A DNA stretch of 64,000 bases, taken from Anaerobutyricum hallii (lineage in GTDB: Bacteria; Bacillota; Clostridia; Lachnospirales; Lachnospiraceae). Location of the stretch: contig NZ_LT907978.1 in the NCBI RefSeq assembly GCF_900209925.1, forward strand, positions 863,219 to 927,218. Reading direction: 5' to 3'. The stretch's first letter is position 1. Every line of letters starts with the position of its first letter. The position numbers were made by a program, and so were the translations under genes. The notes below the pieces were generated by a model that did not search any database, had not been told where the DNA came from, and saw only the letters and a program-made list of their open reading frames with translations. Below are positions 16,389 through 26,648 of the stretch, piece after piece.

Positions 16389-17627
16389 ATGGGAAGTACA
16401 TTAATTGAGAAAATTATCGAAAAAAATACTGGCCTTTCTAAAGTAACTCCTGGCCAGATTGTTACAGTAAATGTTGACAGAGTAATGATTCATGATATTT
16501 TCATTCCTTTTGTTGCAGAAAAGTTCGAAGAAATGGGATTTACAAAGCTCTGGGATCCGGATAAAGTGGTATTGATCTACGATCATCTTGTTCCGACAAG
16601 TGCAGTAGAAGATGTTCGCCATTTTAAGATTGGAGATGCTTTTGCGGATAAATACGGCTTAACACACGTACACAGACGTGACGGTATCTGTCATCAGCTT
16701 ATGACAGAAGCGGGTTATGCAAAGCCGGGTAATATTGTTTTTGGTACAGATTCCCATACAACAACGTATGGATGTGTCGGCTGTTTTTCTTCTGGTATCG
16801 GTTACACAGAGATGGCTTCGATACTTGGTACAGGAGAAATGTGGATTCGTGTTCCAGAAACAATCAAAGTAGTTATTAATGGAACATTACCGGCAAATGT
16901 AACAGCGAAAGATGTTATTTTACGTTTAATTGGAGATTTGCGTGCTGATGGGGCGACATACAAAGCACTTGAGATTACAGGTTCAGCAGTAGATGCCATG
17001 TCTGTTGCTTCTAGAATGACGATTTCTAATATGGCGATTGAAGCAGGAGCAAAGTGCTGCCTGTTCCGTCCAGATGAGAAAACCTGTGAGTATTCAGAAG
17101 TAAAGATGGAAGATGTCGATTGGTTATATGGTGATGAAGATGCTGCGTATTGCCGGACGATCACGTATCAGGCGGAAGAACTCGTACCGGTGTGTGCCTG
17201 CCCTTCACAGGTAGATAATATCCATCCTGTGAGCGAACTTGTCGGAACAGATATCGATCAGGTATTCATCGGTTCCTGTACAAACGGACGATTAGAAGAT
17301 TTAGCAGTAGCAGCAAAAATCCTTGAAGGAAAGACGGTAGCATGTCGTACCATCATAACTCCGGCAAGCCGTAAGATTTACATTGAGGCAATAAAAGCAG
17401 GTTATATGGAAACCTTAGCAAAAGCAGGAGCAATTATTACTCAACCAGGCTGTGGATTATGCTGTGGACGTGCAGGAGGAATCCTTTGTGACGGAGAAAA
17501 AGTACTTGCAACAAATAATCGAAATTTCCTGGGACGTATGGGAACATCTAAAGTAGGAATTTATCTAGGCTCCCCTGCAACTGCGGCAACATCTGCAGTT
17601 TATGGAAAGATTACATTACCAAAGTAA
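16389..17627 (+). CDS. aconitase-family dehydratase large subunit (LeuC-like), pair 2
   Basis: GTDSHT, GSCTNGR and GCGLCCG motifs; 412 aa. Confidence 0.8.
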   Translation: MGSTLIEKIIEKNTGLSKVTPGQIVTVNVDRVMIHDIFIPFVAEKFEEMGFTKLWDPDKVVLIYDHLVPTSAVEDVRHFKIGDAFADKYGLTHVHRRDGICHQLMTEAGYAKPGNIVFGTDSHTTTYGCVGCFSSGIGYTEMASILGTGEMWIRVPETIKVVINGTLPANVTAKDVILRLIGDLRADGATYKALEITGSAVDAMSVASRMTISNMAIEAGAKCCLFRPDEKTCEYSEVKMEDVDWLYGDEDAAYCRTITYQAEELVPVCACPSQVDNIHPVSELVGTDIDQVFIGSCTNGRLEDLAVAAKILEGKTVACRTIITPASRKIYIEAIKAGYMETLAKAGAIITQPGCGLCCGRAGGILCDGEKVLATNNRNFLGRMGTSKVGIYLGSPATAATSAVYGKITLPK

Positions 17628-17643
17628 TTAAAAGATAAAAAAT

Positions 17644-17682
17644 AGCCCCCTGATAACTAACGTATATAGTTGTCAGGGGGCT
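17644..17682. terminator. stem-loop after dehydratase pair 2 (AGCCCCCTGATAACTA / TAGTTGTCAGGGGGCT)
   Basis: 16-bp near-perfect inverted repeat. The T-tract lies on the minus-strand side. Confidence 0.45.
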
Positions 17683-17860
17683 GTGACGTTAGAATAATAC
17701 ATACATATTAAAAATAGTGGAAATTGTATAAATATATATACATAAGAGCGGCTGTATAGTATAATGAAAGAAACACATTGAGGATGCAAAATGTACTCTT
17801 AGAAAAGACTCTGATTAGAAAAGACTCTGAGACTACATCAAAGAGGAAGGGAGAAGGTCT

Positions 17861-18070
17861 ATGCAGAAATATGTTGTATTACAGGTTACATTAAAGGAGA
17901 AGTTAATTGGAACTTCATCTAAGAATTTAAGTGAACTGGAGGATGTAATTAACAAACAGGCAGATAAGGGATATCGGTTACACACAATCAGTACCACATC
18001 AGGCGGAAGCAAGGGACTTGGAGGCGGAGACCGTATTCAGGCTACGATGGTATTTGAAAGAATTGAATAA
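17861..18070 (+). CDS. DUF4177-like small protein
   Basis: RBS GGAGAAGG before the ATG; 69 aa. Confidence 0.6.
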   Translation: MQKYVVLQVTLKEKLIGTSSKNLSELEDVINKQADKGYRLHTISTTSGGSKGLGGGDRIQATMVFERIE

Positions 18071-18145
18071 GAAAAATTGAATAAAAAAGAATCGAATAAA
18101 CTTATAGATTCATTTCTTGTAAAGTGAATATATAAGTTAAAAAGC

Positions 18146-18187
18146 GAATCCCCCAGATGAGGAACTTTCTGGGGGATTCTTTATATT
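18146..18187. terminator. bidirectional intrinsic terminator
   Basis: GAATCCCCCAGA-N10-TCTGGGGGATTC with a U-tract on one side and an A-tract on the other. Lies between convergent genes. Confidence 0.7.
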
Positions 18188-18222
18188 AAGTAATGAAGAT
18201 ATGATAAAAAATATGGAAAGGA

Positions 18223-19458
18223 TTAGTTATTGCTTAAAACGTCTTTCACTGTATCTTCTACCATTTTTTTAGTAACGATCTCAACGGTATCGCGGCAGAT
18301 AGCAAGCTCTTCGTTTGTTGGGATACAGATAACTTTTACTTTGGAATCTGGAGTAGAGATGATACGTTCTTCTCCATGCATCTTGTTTGCTTTCTGGTCT
18401 AATGTTGTATCAAGATAATCGAAGTGTTCGATAATTCTTGAACGGATGATATCGTCGTTCTCACCGATACCAGCTGTAAATACGATAGCATCAACACCGT
18501 TCATAACGGCAATGAAACTTCCGATATATTTAACTACAGAGTGAGCGAATACTCTTAAAGCTAAATCAGCACGTTTGTTACCTGCTTTTGCAGCTTCATC
18601 AAGATCGCGGAAGTCAGAAGAAACACCGGAAATACCAAGAACACCAGATTTCTTATTTATGATATCCATAACCTGCTCGAGAGAAAGGTTTTCTTTATGA
18701 GCGATGAATTCGATACAAGTAGGGTCGATATCACCAGAACGTGTACCCATTACAAGTCCCTCTAATGGAGTAAGTCCCATAGATGTATCTACGCACTTTC
18801 CACCATCAACTGCGGAAATAGAAGAACCATTACCAAGGTGGCATACAACGATTTTTAAATCTTCTGGTTTTTTACCAAGGATTTCAGCTGCTCTTAAAGA
18901 AACATATTTGTGAGATGTTCCATGGAAACCGTAACGACGAACAGCATATTTTTCATAATACTCGTATGGAAGACCATAAATGTAAGCTTCTGGTGGCATA
19001 GTCTGATGGAATGCTGTATCAAATACACCAACCATAGGAGTTGTAGGAAGGAGCTCTCTACAAGCAGCAACACCAACTAATGTAGGAGGGTTGTGAAGTG
19101 GAGCTAAGTCGTTACAGGATTCTACAGTCTTTAATACTTCATCTGTAAGCAGTGTAGAGCAAGCAAACTTCTCACCACCATGTACCATACGGTGTCCAAC
19201 AGCATCAATTTCATCGATAGATTTTAAAATACCATTTTCAGGGTTTGTTAACTGTTTTAATACAAGTTCAACAGCCTGACGATGTGCAGGCATAGCAGCT
19301 TCATATTTAATCTTGTCCTGACCAGCAGGCTGGTAAGTTAAAACACCATCAATACCAATTCTTTCACATAAACCCTTTGCAAGAACATGTTCTGTCTCAG
19401 AATCGATAACCTGATATTTGAGAGAAGAGCTACCGCAGTTAATTACTAATACCTTCAT
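18223..19458 (-). CDS. ackA: acetate kinase
   Basis: MKVLVINCGSSSLKYQ N-terminus. RBS AAAGGAG before the internal ATG at 19458. 411 aa. Confidence 0.9.
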   Translation of the reverse strand: MKVLVINCGSSSLKYQVIDSETEHVLAKGLCERIGIDGVLTYQPAGQDKIKYEAAMPAHRQAVELVLKQLTNPENGILKSIDEIDAVGHRMVHGGEKFACSTLLTDEVLKTVESCNDLAPLHNPPTLVGVAACRELLPTTPMVGVFDTAFHQTMPPEAYIYGLPYEYYEKYAVRRYGFHGTSHKYVSLRAAEILGKKPEDLKIVVCHLGNGSSISAVDGGKCVDTSMGLTPLEGLVMGTRSGDIDPTCIEFIAHKENLSLEQVMDIINKKSGVLGISGVSSDFRDLDEAAKAGNKRADLALRVFAHSVVKYIGSFIAVMNGVDAIVFTAGIGENDDIIRSRIIEHFDYLDTTLDQKANKMHGEERIISTPDSKVKVICIPTNEELAICRDTVEIVTKKMVEDTVKDVLSNN

Positions 19459-19841
19459 TTTGTATCTCCTTTTGTATAATAATTTATTACGAAACGCCAA
19501 ATTTCGCTTATTTTATTCTGTTAGGCATATTATAGAACTTTTTTTTTACGTTGGAAATGTACTTATTCAACTTGTGATGGAGTTTTTTTGTTATTTCGGC
19601 ACTTTTTTTTAAGTTTTGATAGGTAATTGTATTTCATAATAAACAATAAACGTTTTTGTTTGAAAGTTAACATGATTAGACAAAAAGATAAAAATGTCAA
19701 AAATACGCGATTATACAAGTATAAAAATGTAAGAAATCACAAGAAACAGAAAAGTTGCTGTTTTATTTGTTTTCAGGTATACTATAGATGGTTTAAAATA
19801 TTTATAATCGTAAAGAGTAGATAATAGAAAAGGAATTCGTT

Positions 19842-21188
19842 ATGAAGGTAGCAGGAATCATTGCAGAATATAATCCGTTTCACAAAGGACATCAATATCA
19901 TATAGAAGAAACAAGAAAGCAGACAGGAGCAGATTACGTTATTGCAGTAATGAGCGGAGATTATGTACAAAGAGGAGAACCAGCAATTGCAGATAAATAT
20001 ATGAGAACCCGGATGGCTCTGTCAGGAGGGGCAGATCTCGTCATTGAAATGCCGGTAATATATGCGACAGCCAGTGCAGAATATTTTGCGACTGCAGGTA
20101 TCGGCATACTTGACCGCTTAGGTTGTGTTGATTATCTTTCTTTTGGAAGTGAATGGGCAGATGTTGAAGATTACTCTTCCTATGCGACGTTGTTTCTTGA
20201 AGAACCGGAAGAATATAGGCAGATTTTACAAGAACAATTAAAGCGAGGAAAAAGTTTTCCAGAAGCAAGAGCTTTCGCAGCAGGAAAGCTGCTTTTTGAT
20301 TCGAAACCAGAAACAGCCGTAGAATTTTTGAAAGAGCCGAATCACATATTAGGTTTAGAATATATTAAGGCACTGCGTCGGAGAAATTCTTCCATTCAAC
20401 CAATTACCGTTAAAAGAAAAGGAAACCATTATCATGAACAAATACTTGCCGAAGAGTATTCTTCTGCAACATCCATCAGAATGGAACTGTATCAATATTA
20501 TAGTAGGAACAAAGGAAATAAAATATTTTTTAATAAAAATAATGAAAAAATGTTTGTAAATAGAGAGTACTCTGTGGATAAAGAAAACTATGTCGCTAAA
20601 AAATATGAAAAGAGTGCATTTGTAAATGCACTTTGCGGAGAATATTCACCTTTTATAGAAGGGTTTTTACATGGAAACTTTGTTACATGGGAAGATATGA
20701 TGCCGTATCTTGAATATACGTTTCTTTTGAAAAACAGGGTGATCGGAAAATACTTTGGAATGAACCTTGATCTGGCGAGAAGATTTCAAAATTTATTTGA
20801 ACCAGGGCTTTCTTTTGAAACTTTAATAGAAAGACTTCACGCAAAACAACTTACGGATGCCGCATTAAGGAGAGTACTTTTGCATATCGTACTCCATATA
20901 AAATATTATCCATTTTTAGAAGAAGCGAAAAACATTCCGGTACCGTATGCAAGAATTTTAGGTTTTTCTAAAAAAGCCTCCCCGCTTTTGAGGGAAATAC
21001 GAAAGGAATCCAGTATAGATATTATTCAGCGCCCAATCGAAGGTAAAAAGTTATATGCTGCTGGTTCCCCACAGGCTCAGATTTATAATGTAGATATTCG
21101 TAGTGCGGATTTTTATGAGCAGATTGCCGCAAGAAAAGCCGGAAGAAAACCGGTTAGAGAATATACACGCCAACAAATAGTAAAATAA
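19842..21188 (+). CDS. tmcAL: nucleotidyltransferase of the TmcAL/YlbM family (tRNA(Met) cytidine acetate ligase-like)
   Basis: N-terminal IIAEYNPFHKGHQYHI HIGH-like nucleotidyltransferase motif, typical of UPF0348/YlbM proteins. Confidence 0.65.
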   Translation: MKVAGIIAEYNPFHKGHQYHIEETRKQTGADYVIAVMSGDYVQRGEPAIADKYMRTRMALSGGADLVIEMPVIYATASAEYFATAGIGILDRLGCVDYLSFGSEWADVEDYSSYATLFLEEPEEYRQILQEQLKRGKSFPEARAFAAGKLLFDSKPETAVEFLKEPNHILGLEYIKALRRRNSSIQPITVKRKGNHYHEQILAEEYSSATSIRMELYQYYSRNKGNKIFFNKNNEKMFVNREYSVDKENYVAKKYEKSAFVNALCGEYSPFIEGFLHGNFVTWEDMMPYLEYTFLLKNRVIGKYFGMNLDLARRFQNLFEPGLSFETLIERLHAKQLTDAALRRVLLHIVLHIKYYPFLEEAKNIPVPYARILGFSKKASPLLREIRKESSIDIIQRPIEGKKLYAAGSPQAQIYNVDIRSADFYEQIAARKAGRKPVREYTRQQIVK

Positions 21189-21423
21189 ATTTGTGCGTTT
21201 CTTTTTTTGTGTGATTCTCTCATTATTCGAAAGTGGCTTACTATTGCCAAAGACAGAATTTAACATAATAATATAGAGAATTTTTTAGAATCGCGTTATA
21301 ATAGTTTACGTATCCAATGTGAGGGGACTCACCACCTGAAAGAGGTGGGAGTCTTCTCGACTGAGATAAAATAGACAGCAAAGAGAATACAAAATAAAAA
21401 GAGATAGAAAGAGAGGTCGATTT

Positions 21424-22272
21424 ATGTATAATGCAGGATTGATTTTAGAAGGAGGAGGAATGCGCGGGGTGTATACCGCCGGTGTGTTAGATGCCTTTTT
21501 AGATGCAGGAATTGAATTTTCAAGTGTATATGGTGTATCAGCAGGAAGCTGCCATGCATGCAGTTATCTTTCAAAGCAAAGAGGAAGAGCCTTTCGGGTG
21601 AATGTTGATTATCTGGATGATCCAAATTATTGTGGAGCAAAAACATTTTTAAAAACAGGGAATGTTTTTGGACCGGAGATGCTTTATGAACAGATTCCGG
21701 ATGTATTAGACCCATTTGATCATCAGGTTTTTTTAAATTATCCGGGCAAGTTTTATGCTGTTGTTACTGATGTAGATACTGGAGCCGCAAGGTATTTAAG
21801 GGTACGTGATCTGAGAAAGCAGATGTGGATGATCCGCGCATCAAGCTCTCTCCCGTTAGTATCTAAGACACTCGTTGTAAAAGGTCATAAACTTCTTGAT
21901 GGAGGAATCGCAGACAGCATTCCGATTCGTAAATCAATAGAAGACGGCAATGAGAAGAATGTAGTTATTCTTACAAGAGATAAAGGATATCGCAAAGAGC
22001 CAAATAAACTAATGCCGCTCATGTACCTTCGTTATCCAAAATATAAAGCATTTCTTCATGCAATGGAAACAAGACATATCCGTTACAATGAAACACTGGA
22101 CTTCTTAGAAGAACAGGAAAAGGAAGGAAAAGTATTGATCATTCGTCCGCAGGTGAAGGTTGATGTCGGAAGAGTTGAGAAAGATAAAGCGAAACTTACC
22201 GTTCTTTATAAACAAGGTTTTCATGATGGCGGACAAATGATAGAAACAATGAAAGAATACCTTGAGAAATAG
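21424..22272 (+). CDS. patatin-like phospholipase
   Basis: GGGMRG oxyanion motif and the GVSAG lipase serine motif. Confidence 0.8.
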   Translation: MYNAGLILEGGGMRGVYTAGVLDAFLDAGIEFSSVYGVSAGSCHACSYLSKQRGRAFRVNVDYLDDPNYCGAKTFLKTGNVFGPEMLYEQIPDVLDPFDHQVFLNYPGKFYAVVTDVDTGAARYLRVRDLRKQMWMIRASSSLPLVSKTLVVKGHKLLDGGIADSIPIRKSIEDGNEKNVVILTRDKGYRKEPNKLMPLMYLRYPKYKAFLHAMETRHIRYNETLDFLEEQEKEGKVLIIRPQVKVDVGRVEKDKAKLTVLYKQGFHDGGQMIETMKEYLEK

Positions 22273-22336
22273 TAGAAATTCTTCTCATTTTCTGATAGAC
22301 TAAAAGACAAGTAATAAGTAGAAAGGATTGGAAAAC

Positions 22337-23266
22337 ATGAGCAAGAAAAAAGTAGTAGTAGCTCTTGGACACAGAGCACTCGGAACAACAATGCCAGAAC
22401 AGTACAAAGCAACAAGAAAGACAGCCAAAGCGATTGCTGATTTAGTAGAAGCAGGAGCAGATGTTGTTATTTCTCATAGTAATGCGCCGCAGGTTGGAAT
22501 GATTCATACAGCCATGAATGAATTTAGTAAGGAAAGAGAAGATTATACACAGGCACCGATGTCTGTCTGCTCTGCGATGAGTCAGGGATATGTCGGATAT
22601 GATTTACAGAATGCTATTCGTGCAGAACTTTTAAAAAGAGGTGTATATCGCCCTGTATGTACAATCATTACACAGGTAATGGTAGATCCTTACGATGATG
22701 CATTCACCGAACCGGTAAAGGTGATTGGAAGACTCCTTTCCAAAGAAGAAGCAGAACAGGAAGAGAAACATGGTAACTATGTAACAGAAGTAGAAGGCGG
22801 ATATCGAAGAATCGTAGCAGCGCCAAAGCCACAGGGAATTATTGAGATAGATTCAATCAAAGCTTTATCTGATCAGGGACAGGTAGTGATTGCCTGCGGC
22901 GGTGGTGGAATTCCTGTATTAGCACAGGGCGTAGAGCTTCATGGTGCAAGTGCAGTAATTGAAAAAGACTATGCGAGCGGAAGAATGGCAGAACTTTTGA
23001 ATGCAGACGCACTTATGATCTTAACAAGCGTAGAGCATGTATGTGTAGGTTATAATACAGATCAGGAAGTTCCATTAGAACATATTTCTGTAGAAGACGC
23101 ACAGCAGTATATTAATTCAGGACAGTTTGAGCCAAATACAATGCTTCCGAAGATTGAAGCTGGAGTATCCTTCCTTGAAAAAGGCAATGGAAGAAAGGTA
23201 ATTATCACATCTATTGATAAAGCCTTAGAAGGATATTTAGGTAAAACAGGTACAATAATAGAATAA
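22337..23266 (+). CDS. arcC: carbamate kinase
   Basis: KKVVVALGHRALG N-terminus and glycine-rich motifs; about 309 aa. The ATG at 22337 is preferred over the TTG at 22328. Confidence 0.8.
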   Translation: MSKKKVVVALGHRALGTTMPEQYKATRKTAKAIADLVEAGADVVISHSNAPQVGMIHTAMNEFSKEREDYTQAPMSVCSAMSQGYVGYDLQNAIRAELLKRGVYRPVCTIITQVMVDPYDDAFTEPVKVIGRLLSKEEAEQEEKHGNYVTEVEGGYRRIVAAPKPQGIIEIDSIKALSDQGQVVIACGGGGIPVLAQGVELHGASAVIEKDYASGRMAELLNADALMILTSVEHVCVGYNTDQEVPLEHISVEDAQQYINSGQFEPNTMLPKIEAGVSFLEKGNGRKVIITSIDKALEGYLGKTGTIIE

Positions 23267-23363
23267 GTTTTCAAATTCACAAGTTAAATCTTTTTGCTTA
23301 TATTGCACATCTGCATTTTTACTGAATATATTGTTGTAGAATCAAACAGGAGTATTATCAGGT

Positions 23364-24365
23364 ATGATGAGAAGATATCTTGTAATATTAATGATGCCAT
23401 GTTTCGTGATGCTGTTTGGTATCTGTTGTCTGGCAGGCTGTGAGGGAAGTAAACATCATTTGAAAAAAGTACGTTTAAATGAAGTGGCTCATTCTATTTT
23501 TTATGCCCCACAATATGTGGCGATAGAAAAAGGTTATTTTGAGAAAGAGGGCATTAAGCTAGAACTCACAACCGGGTTTGGCGCAGATAAAACGGCGACA
23601 GCAGTCATCAGTGGAGATGCAGATATTGCTTTTATGGGACCGGAGGCAACGATTTATCAATTCAATCAGGGGAATGCAGATTATCTTATCAATTTTGCCC
23701 AGCTTACTCAAAGAGCAGGCAATTTTGTTGTAAGCCGGAACAAAGAAGAAGATTTTCAATGGGAGAACTTAAAAGGAAAGAAAGTTATTGGCGGAAGGCC
23801 AGGCGGCATGCCGGAAATGGTATTTGAGTATGTTTTGAAAAAACATGGGATGAATCCACAAAAAGACATTGATCTTGTACAAAATATTGATTTTGCGAAT
23901 ACATCTGGAGCATTTGTTTCAGGAAAAGCAGATTATACTATTGAATTTGAACCGTCAGCAACATTGATTGAAGAACAGGGGGCAGGTTATGTAGTTGCCT
24001 CTGTAGGAAAAGAGAGCGGATATGTGCCATATACAGCTTACAGCGTAAAGAAAAGCTATCTTGAATCACATAAAGAATTACTGGAAGCATTTACCCGGGC
24101 AATCGAAAAAGGACAGCAATATGTCAATACACATACACCGAAAGAAGTTGCAAAGGTAATTGCACCGCAATTTAAAGATACAGATAGAAAAACAATAGAA
24201 AAAATAGTAAAAAGATATGCTGAACAGGATAGTTATAAAGAAAATACAAAATTTGAAAAAGAAAGTTTTGTATTAATTCAGGATATCTTAGAAGAAGCAG
24301 GAGAACTAGAAAAACGCGTAGAATATGAAACATTAGTTACAACAGAATTTTCAGAAAAATACTAA
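23364..24365 (+). CDS. ABC-transporter substrate-binding lipoprotein (NMT1/SsuA/TauA-like), orphan
   Basis: Lipoprotein signal peptide with an LAGC lipobox and an NMT1-like fold. No permease or ATPase gene is adjacent. Confidence 0.7.
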   Translation: MMRRYLVILMMPCFVMLFGICCLAGCEGSKHHLKKVRLNEVAHSIFYAPQYVAIEKGYFEKEGIKLELTTGFGADKTATAVISGDADIAFMGPEATIYQFNQGNADYLINFAQLTQRAGNFVVSRNKEEDFQWENLKGKKVIGGRPGGMPEMVFEYVLKKHGMNPQKDIDLVQNIDFANTSGAFVSGKADYTIEFEPSATLIEEQGAGYVVASVGKESGYVPYTAYSVKKSYLESHKELLEAFTRAIEKGQQYVNTHTPKEVAKVIAPQFKDTDRKTIEKIVKRYAEQDSYKENTKFEKESFVLIQDILEEAGELEKRVEYETLVTTEFSEKY

Positions 24366-24537
24366 TTTGAGGGACTAAAGAAACGAAAACCAGAAATTTG
24401 ATAGAAAAGAAAATGTGAAGATAGTCGCTTCGTAGAAAATGCCTGACCGGCATTTTTACTTGCTCCGACATCACATGTTCTTTTCTATCAAATTTCTGGT
24501 TTTCTGTTCGTTGGCTCCAGATGGAAATTAGTATTTT
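24361..24537. repeat. IR-A palindromic repeat, copy 4 (reverse orientation)
   Basis: AAAACCAGAAATTTGATAGAAAAGAAAATGTGA..GAAAATGCCTGACCGGCATTTTT..arm reverse complement..TTGGCTCCAGATGGAAATTAGTATTTT. Confidence 0.85.
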
Positions 24538-24804
24538 AATTTTGAATGGAGAGGGGATTGTCCAGAAGTCTATGATTTTCATTGGGATTAAAATCTCCAG
24601 ATGGGGATATCTTCTTACAGAATTGTAAGGATATTATAGTGAAAGAAATCGGATCAACCAGAAGAATTTGGCTTTCACTGCTATTTTCTTATGGTGAAAC
24701 AGTTCTTTGATTAAAAATCATAATTTTCTGGAGAATCCCCTTCTCTTTCCAACAGAAATTACTAGTTTGCTATTTGTTGTTAAACTATCAGCCGCCGGAA
24801 TAAA

Positions 24805-25020
24805 TTTTTATGCTGAATTGTAAGAAAACTATGGTAAAGAAAAAAAGAATTGTTATAAGTTAGATTTTGTGACTTTGCGCTATGGAATTCTGACCATAGG
24901 AACTTGGGACTCGTTTTTCCCAAGTTCCTGTTTTTCTGGGCAGAATGGAATGCTTAGCGCAACGGAATAAAATCTAACTTATAGCAATTCTTTTTTCTTA
25001 GAAGACCGCCTGCAATTCAG
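24805..25020. repeat. IR-C large palindrome, copy B
   Basis: Same architecture as 5189-5398. The central hairpin GGAACTTGGGA-N7-TCCCAAGTTCC carries compensatory changes relative to copy A. Confidence 0.8.
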
Positions 25021-25062
25021 CTTAATATTTTCTACTAAAGCGGCGTCTGTGTCTCCAGCAAA

Positions 25063-25842
25063 TTAGTATTGTAATAATTTCCTTGATCTTTGAATTAATG
25101 CCGGGTCATCGGAGCTGTTTAAAAAGGTGACATTACCTTTGTGGTTTTGGTCAACCTGTCTTAGATTAGCAACGGTAAGGCGGCGGAGCAGTTCTTTGGC
25201 AGTTCCGTATCCACCATCAAAAATTGTGACAGATGAACCAACAATCTTTTGGATGGTGTCTTTTAAAAACGGATAGTGTGTGCATCCAAGGACGATTCCG
25301 GTAATATCTTTATCTTTATAAGGATCAAGAAGGTTGTGAAGAAAGTTTTCGAGTTTTTCTCCGGAGAGAATACCCTGTTCAACAAATTCCATCAGACCGG
25401 GACAGGGGAGTGGATAAATATCCGCCTGTTTATCGTAAATACTTTCCAGCTTGTGGAATTTTTCTTCGCGTAATGTCATTGGAGTAGCCATAACGATAAC
25501 TTTTGCGTGTTCGCAGGCAAGTACAGCTGGCTTAATAGCAGGTTCCACCCCGACTAAAGGCAGATCGGGATACATGTCTCTTAAGATGCGTACAGCAGCA
25601 CTTGTTGCAGTGTTACAGGCAACAGCAATAGCTTTTGCCTGTTTTTCTTTGATAAGGTATGTAATATGTTCAATCGTAAGTGTACGAACTTCTTCAAGTG
25701 TTTTTGTACCATAAGGGGCGTGTTTGGAGTCCCCGTAATAAATAAAATCTTCATTTGGCATCAGTTTTGTCATCTCTCTTAAAACACTGATGCCGCCCAT
25801 GCCGGAATCAAATACGGCAATAGGATCAGATAGTTGATTCAT
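25063..25842 (-). CDS. murI: glutamate racemase
   Basis: VFDSGMGG motif, catalytic Cys, and GCTHYP motif. Confidence 0.9.
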   Translation of the reverse strand: MNQLSDPIAVFDSGMGGISVLREMTKLMPNEDFIYYGDSKHAPYGTKTLEEVRTLTIEHITYLIKEKQAKAIAVACNTATSAAVRILRDMYPDLPLVGVEPAIKPAVLACEHAKVIVMATPMTLREEKFHKLESIYDKQADIYPLPCPGLMEFVEQGILSGEKLENFLHNLLDPYKDKDITGIVLGCTHYPFLKDTIQKIVGSSVTIFDGGYGTAKELLRRLTVANLRQVDQNHKGNVTFLNSSDDPALIQRSRKLLQY

Positions 25843-26074
25843 AATTAATTATGTTCCTCCTGATTAAATTTTCCTTAGTCTTTAAAATAGTATAGTTTCT
25901 TTTCTTCTTGAAATCAAGAGAATTGTGCATAAACAGTGATTGATTTATACATTTTCGTTGAAAGGCCGCGAGGGATGTGGTATCATTTAAATCGCTTTTA
26001 ATGAAATAAATAGAGATAATAAAAGAATATTCATAGAAACGATTGATCAAAAACAGTAAATAAGATTAGAGGGA

Positions 26075-26584
26075 ATGATAGCGAGTATGGGAAAGAAATA
26101 TTTAGTGGTTAGTGATAATCATGGAAGTATGGCGAATTTGGAATATGTAATTGACAGATTTCATGGTCAGATTGAAGGACTTATCCATTGTGGTGATATG
26201 GAAATTCCGCCGGAAATGTTAGAAGAACTGGCTGGGTGCCCGGTTTATATGGCAGCCGGAAACTGTGATTATAATTTTAGCAGAGATAAAGAAGATGTTT
26301 TTGAACTTGGCGATCATGTGGCGTTTGTGACACATGGAGATGTTTATGGCGTGAGCTGGGGTGAAGAAGAACTTGTAAGCAGAGCGCAGGAGATGGGAGC
26401 AGATGTCGTTTTTTACGGTCATACGCATTGTCCGGCATATCATGTATATGAAAGTGAAGGTGTGACAGTCTTTAATCCGGGAAGTATTGCTTTGCCAAGA
26501 CAGATGACACCATCGGGTCCGACTTTTTTGATTATTGATCTGGCAGATGACGGAAGACTTACACCGGAATTATATACGTTATAA
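26075..26584 (+). CDS. YfcE-type metallophosphoesterase
   Basis: VVSDNHG and GHTH metallophosphatase motifs. Confidence 0.75.
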   Translation: MIASMGKKYLVVSDNHGSMANLEYVIDRFHGQIEGLIHCGDMEIPPEMLEELAGCPVYMAAGNCDYNFSRDKEDVFELGDHVAFVTHGDVYGVSWGEEELVSRAQEMGADVVFYGHTHCPAYHVYESEGVTVFNPGSIALPRQMTPSGPTFLIIDLADDGRLTPELYTL

Positions 26585-26648
26585 ATAGATACTTTTAAAA
26601 TGACCGGCTATGATGAAGTGAAACATATAGCAGGGGTTTGGAGGAAAT

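Noticed and set aside
19418-19970. Small ORFs (19418-19612, 19627-19824, 19782-19970) in the ackA / tmcAL divergent region
   Set aside because: Highly basic low-complexity products in an AT-rich promoter region, with no RBS. Spurious.
24337-24582. ORF-track ORFs running through IR-A repeats (24337-24582 minus strand, 46782-47000 plus strand, 5207-5401 plus strand) that share a conserved ..VMSERVKMPVRHFLRSDYLHIF.. peptide
   Set aside because: The shared peptide comes from reading through the conserved repeat core. The sequence is palindromic and occurs in both orientations relative to neighbouring genes. No RBS is present. The hypervariable arms would scramble the protein, so this is not a coding gene.
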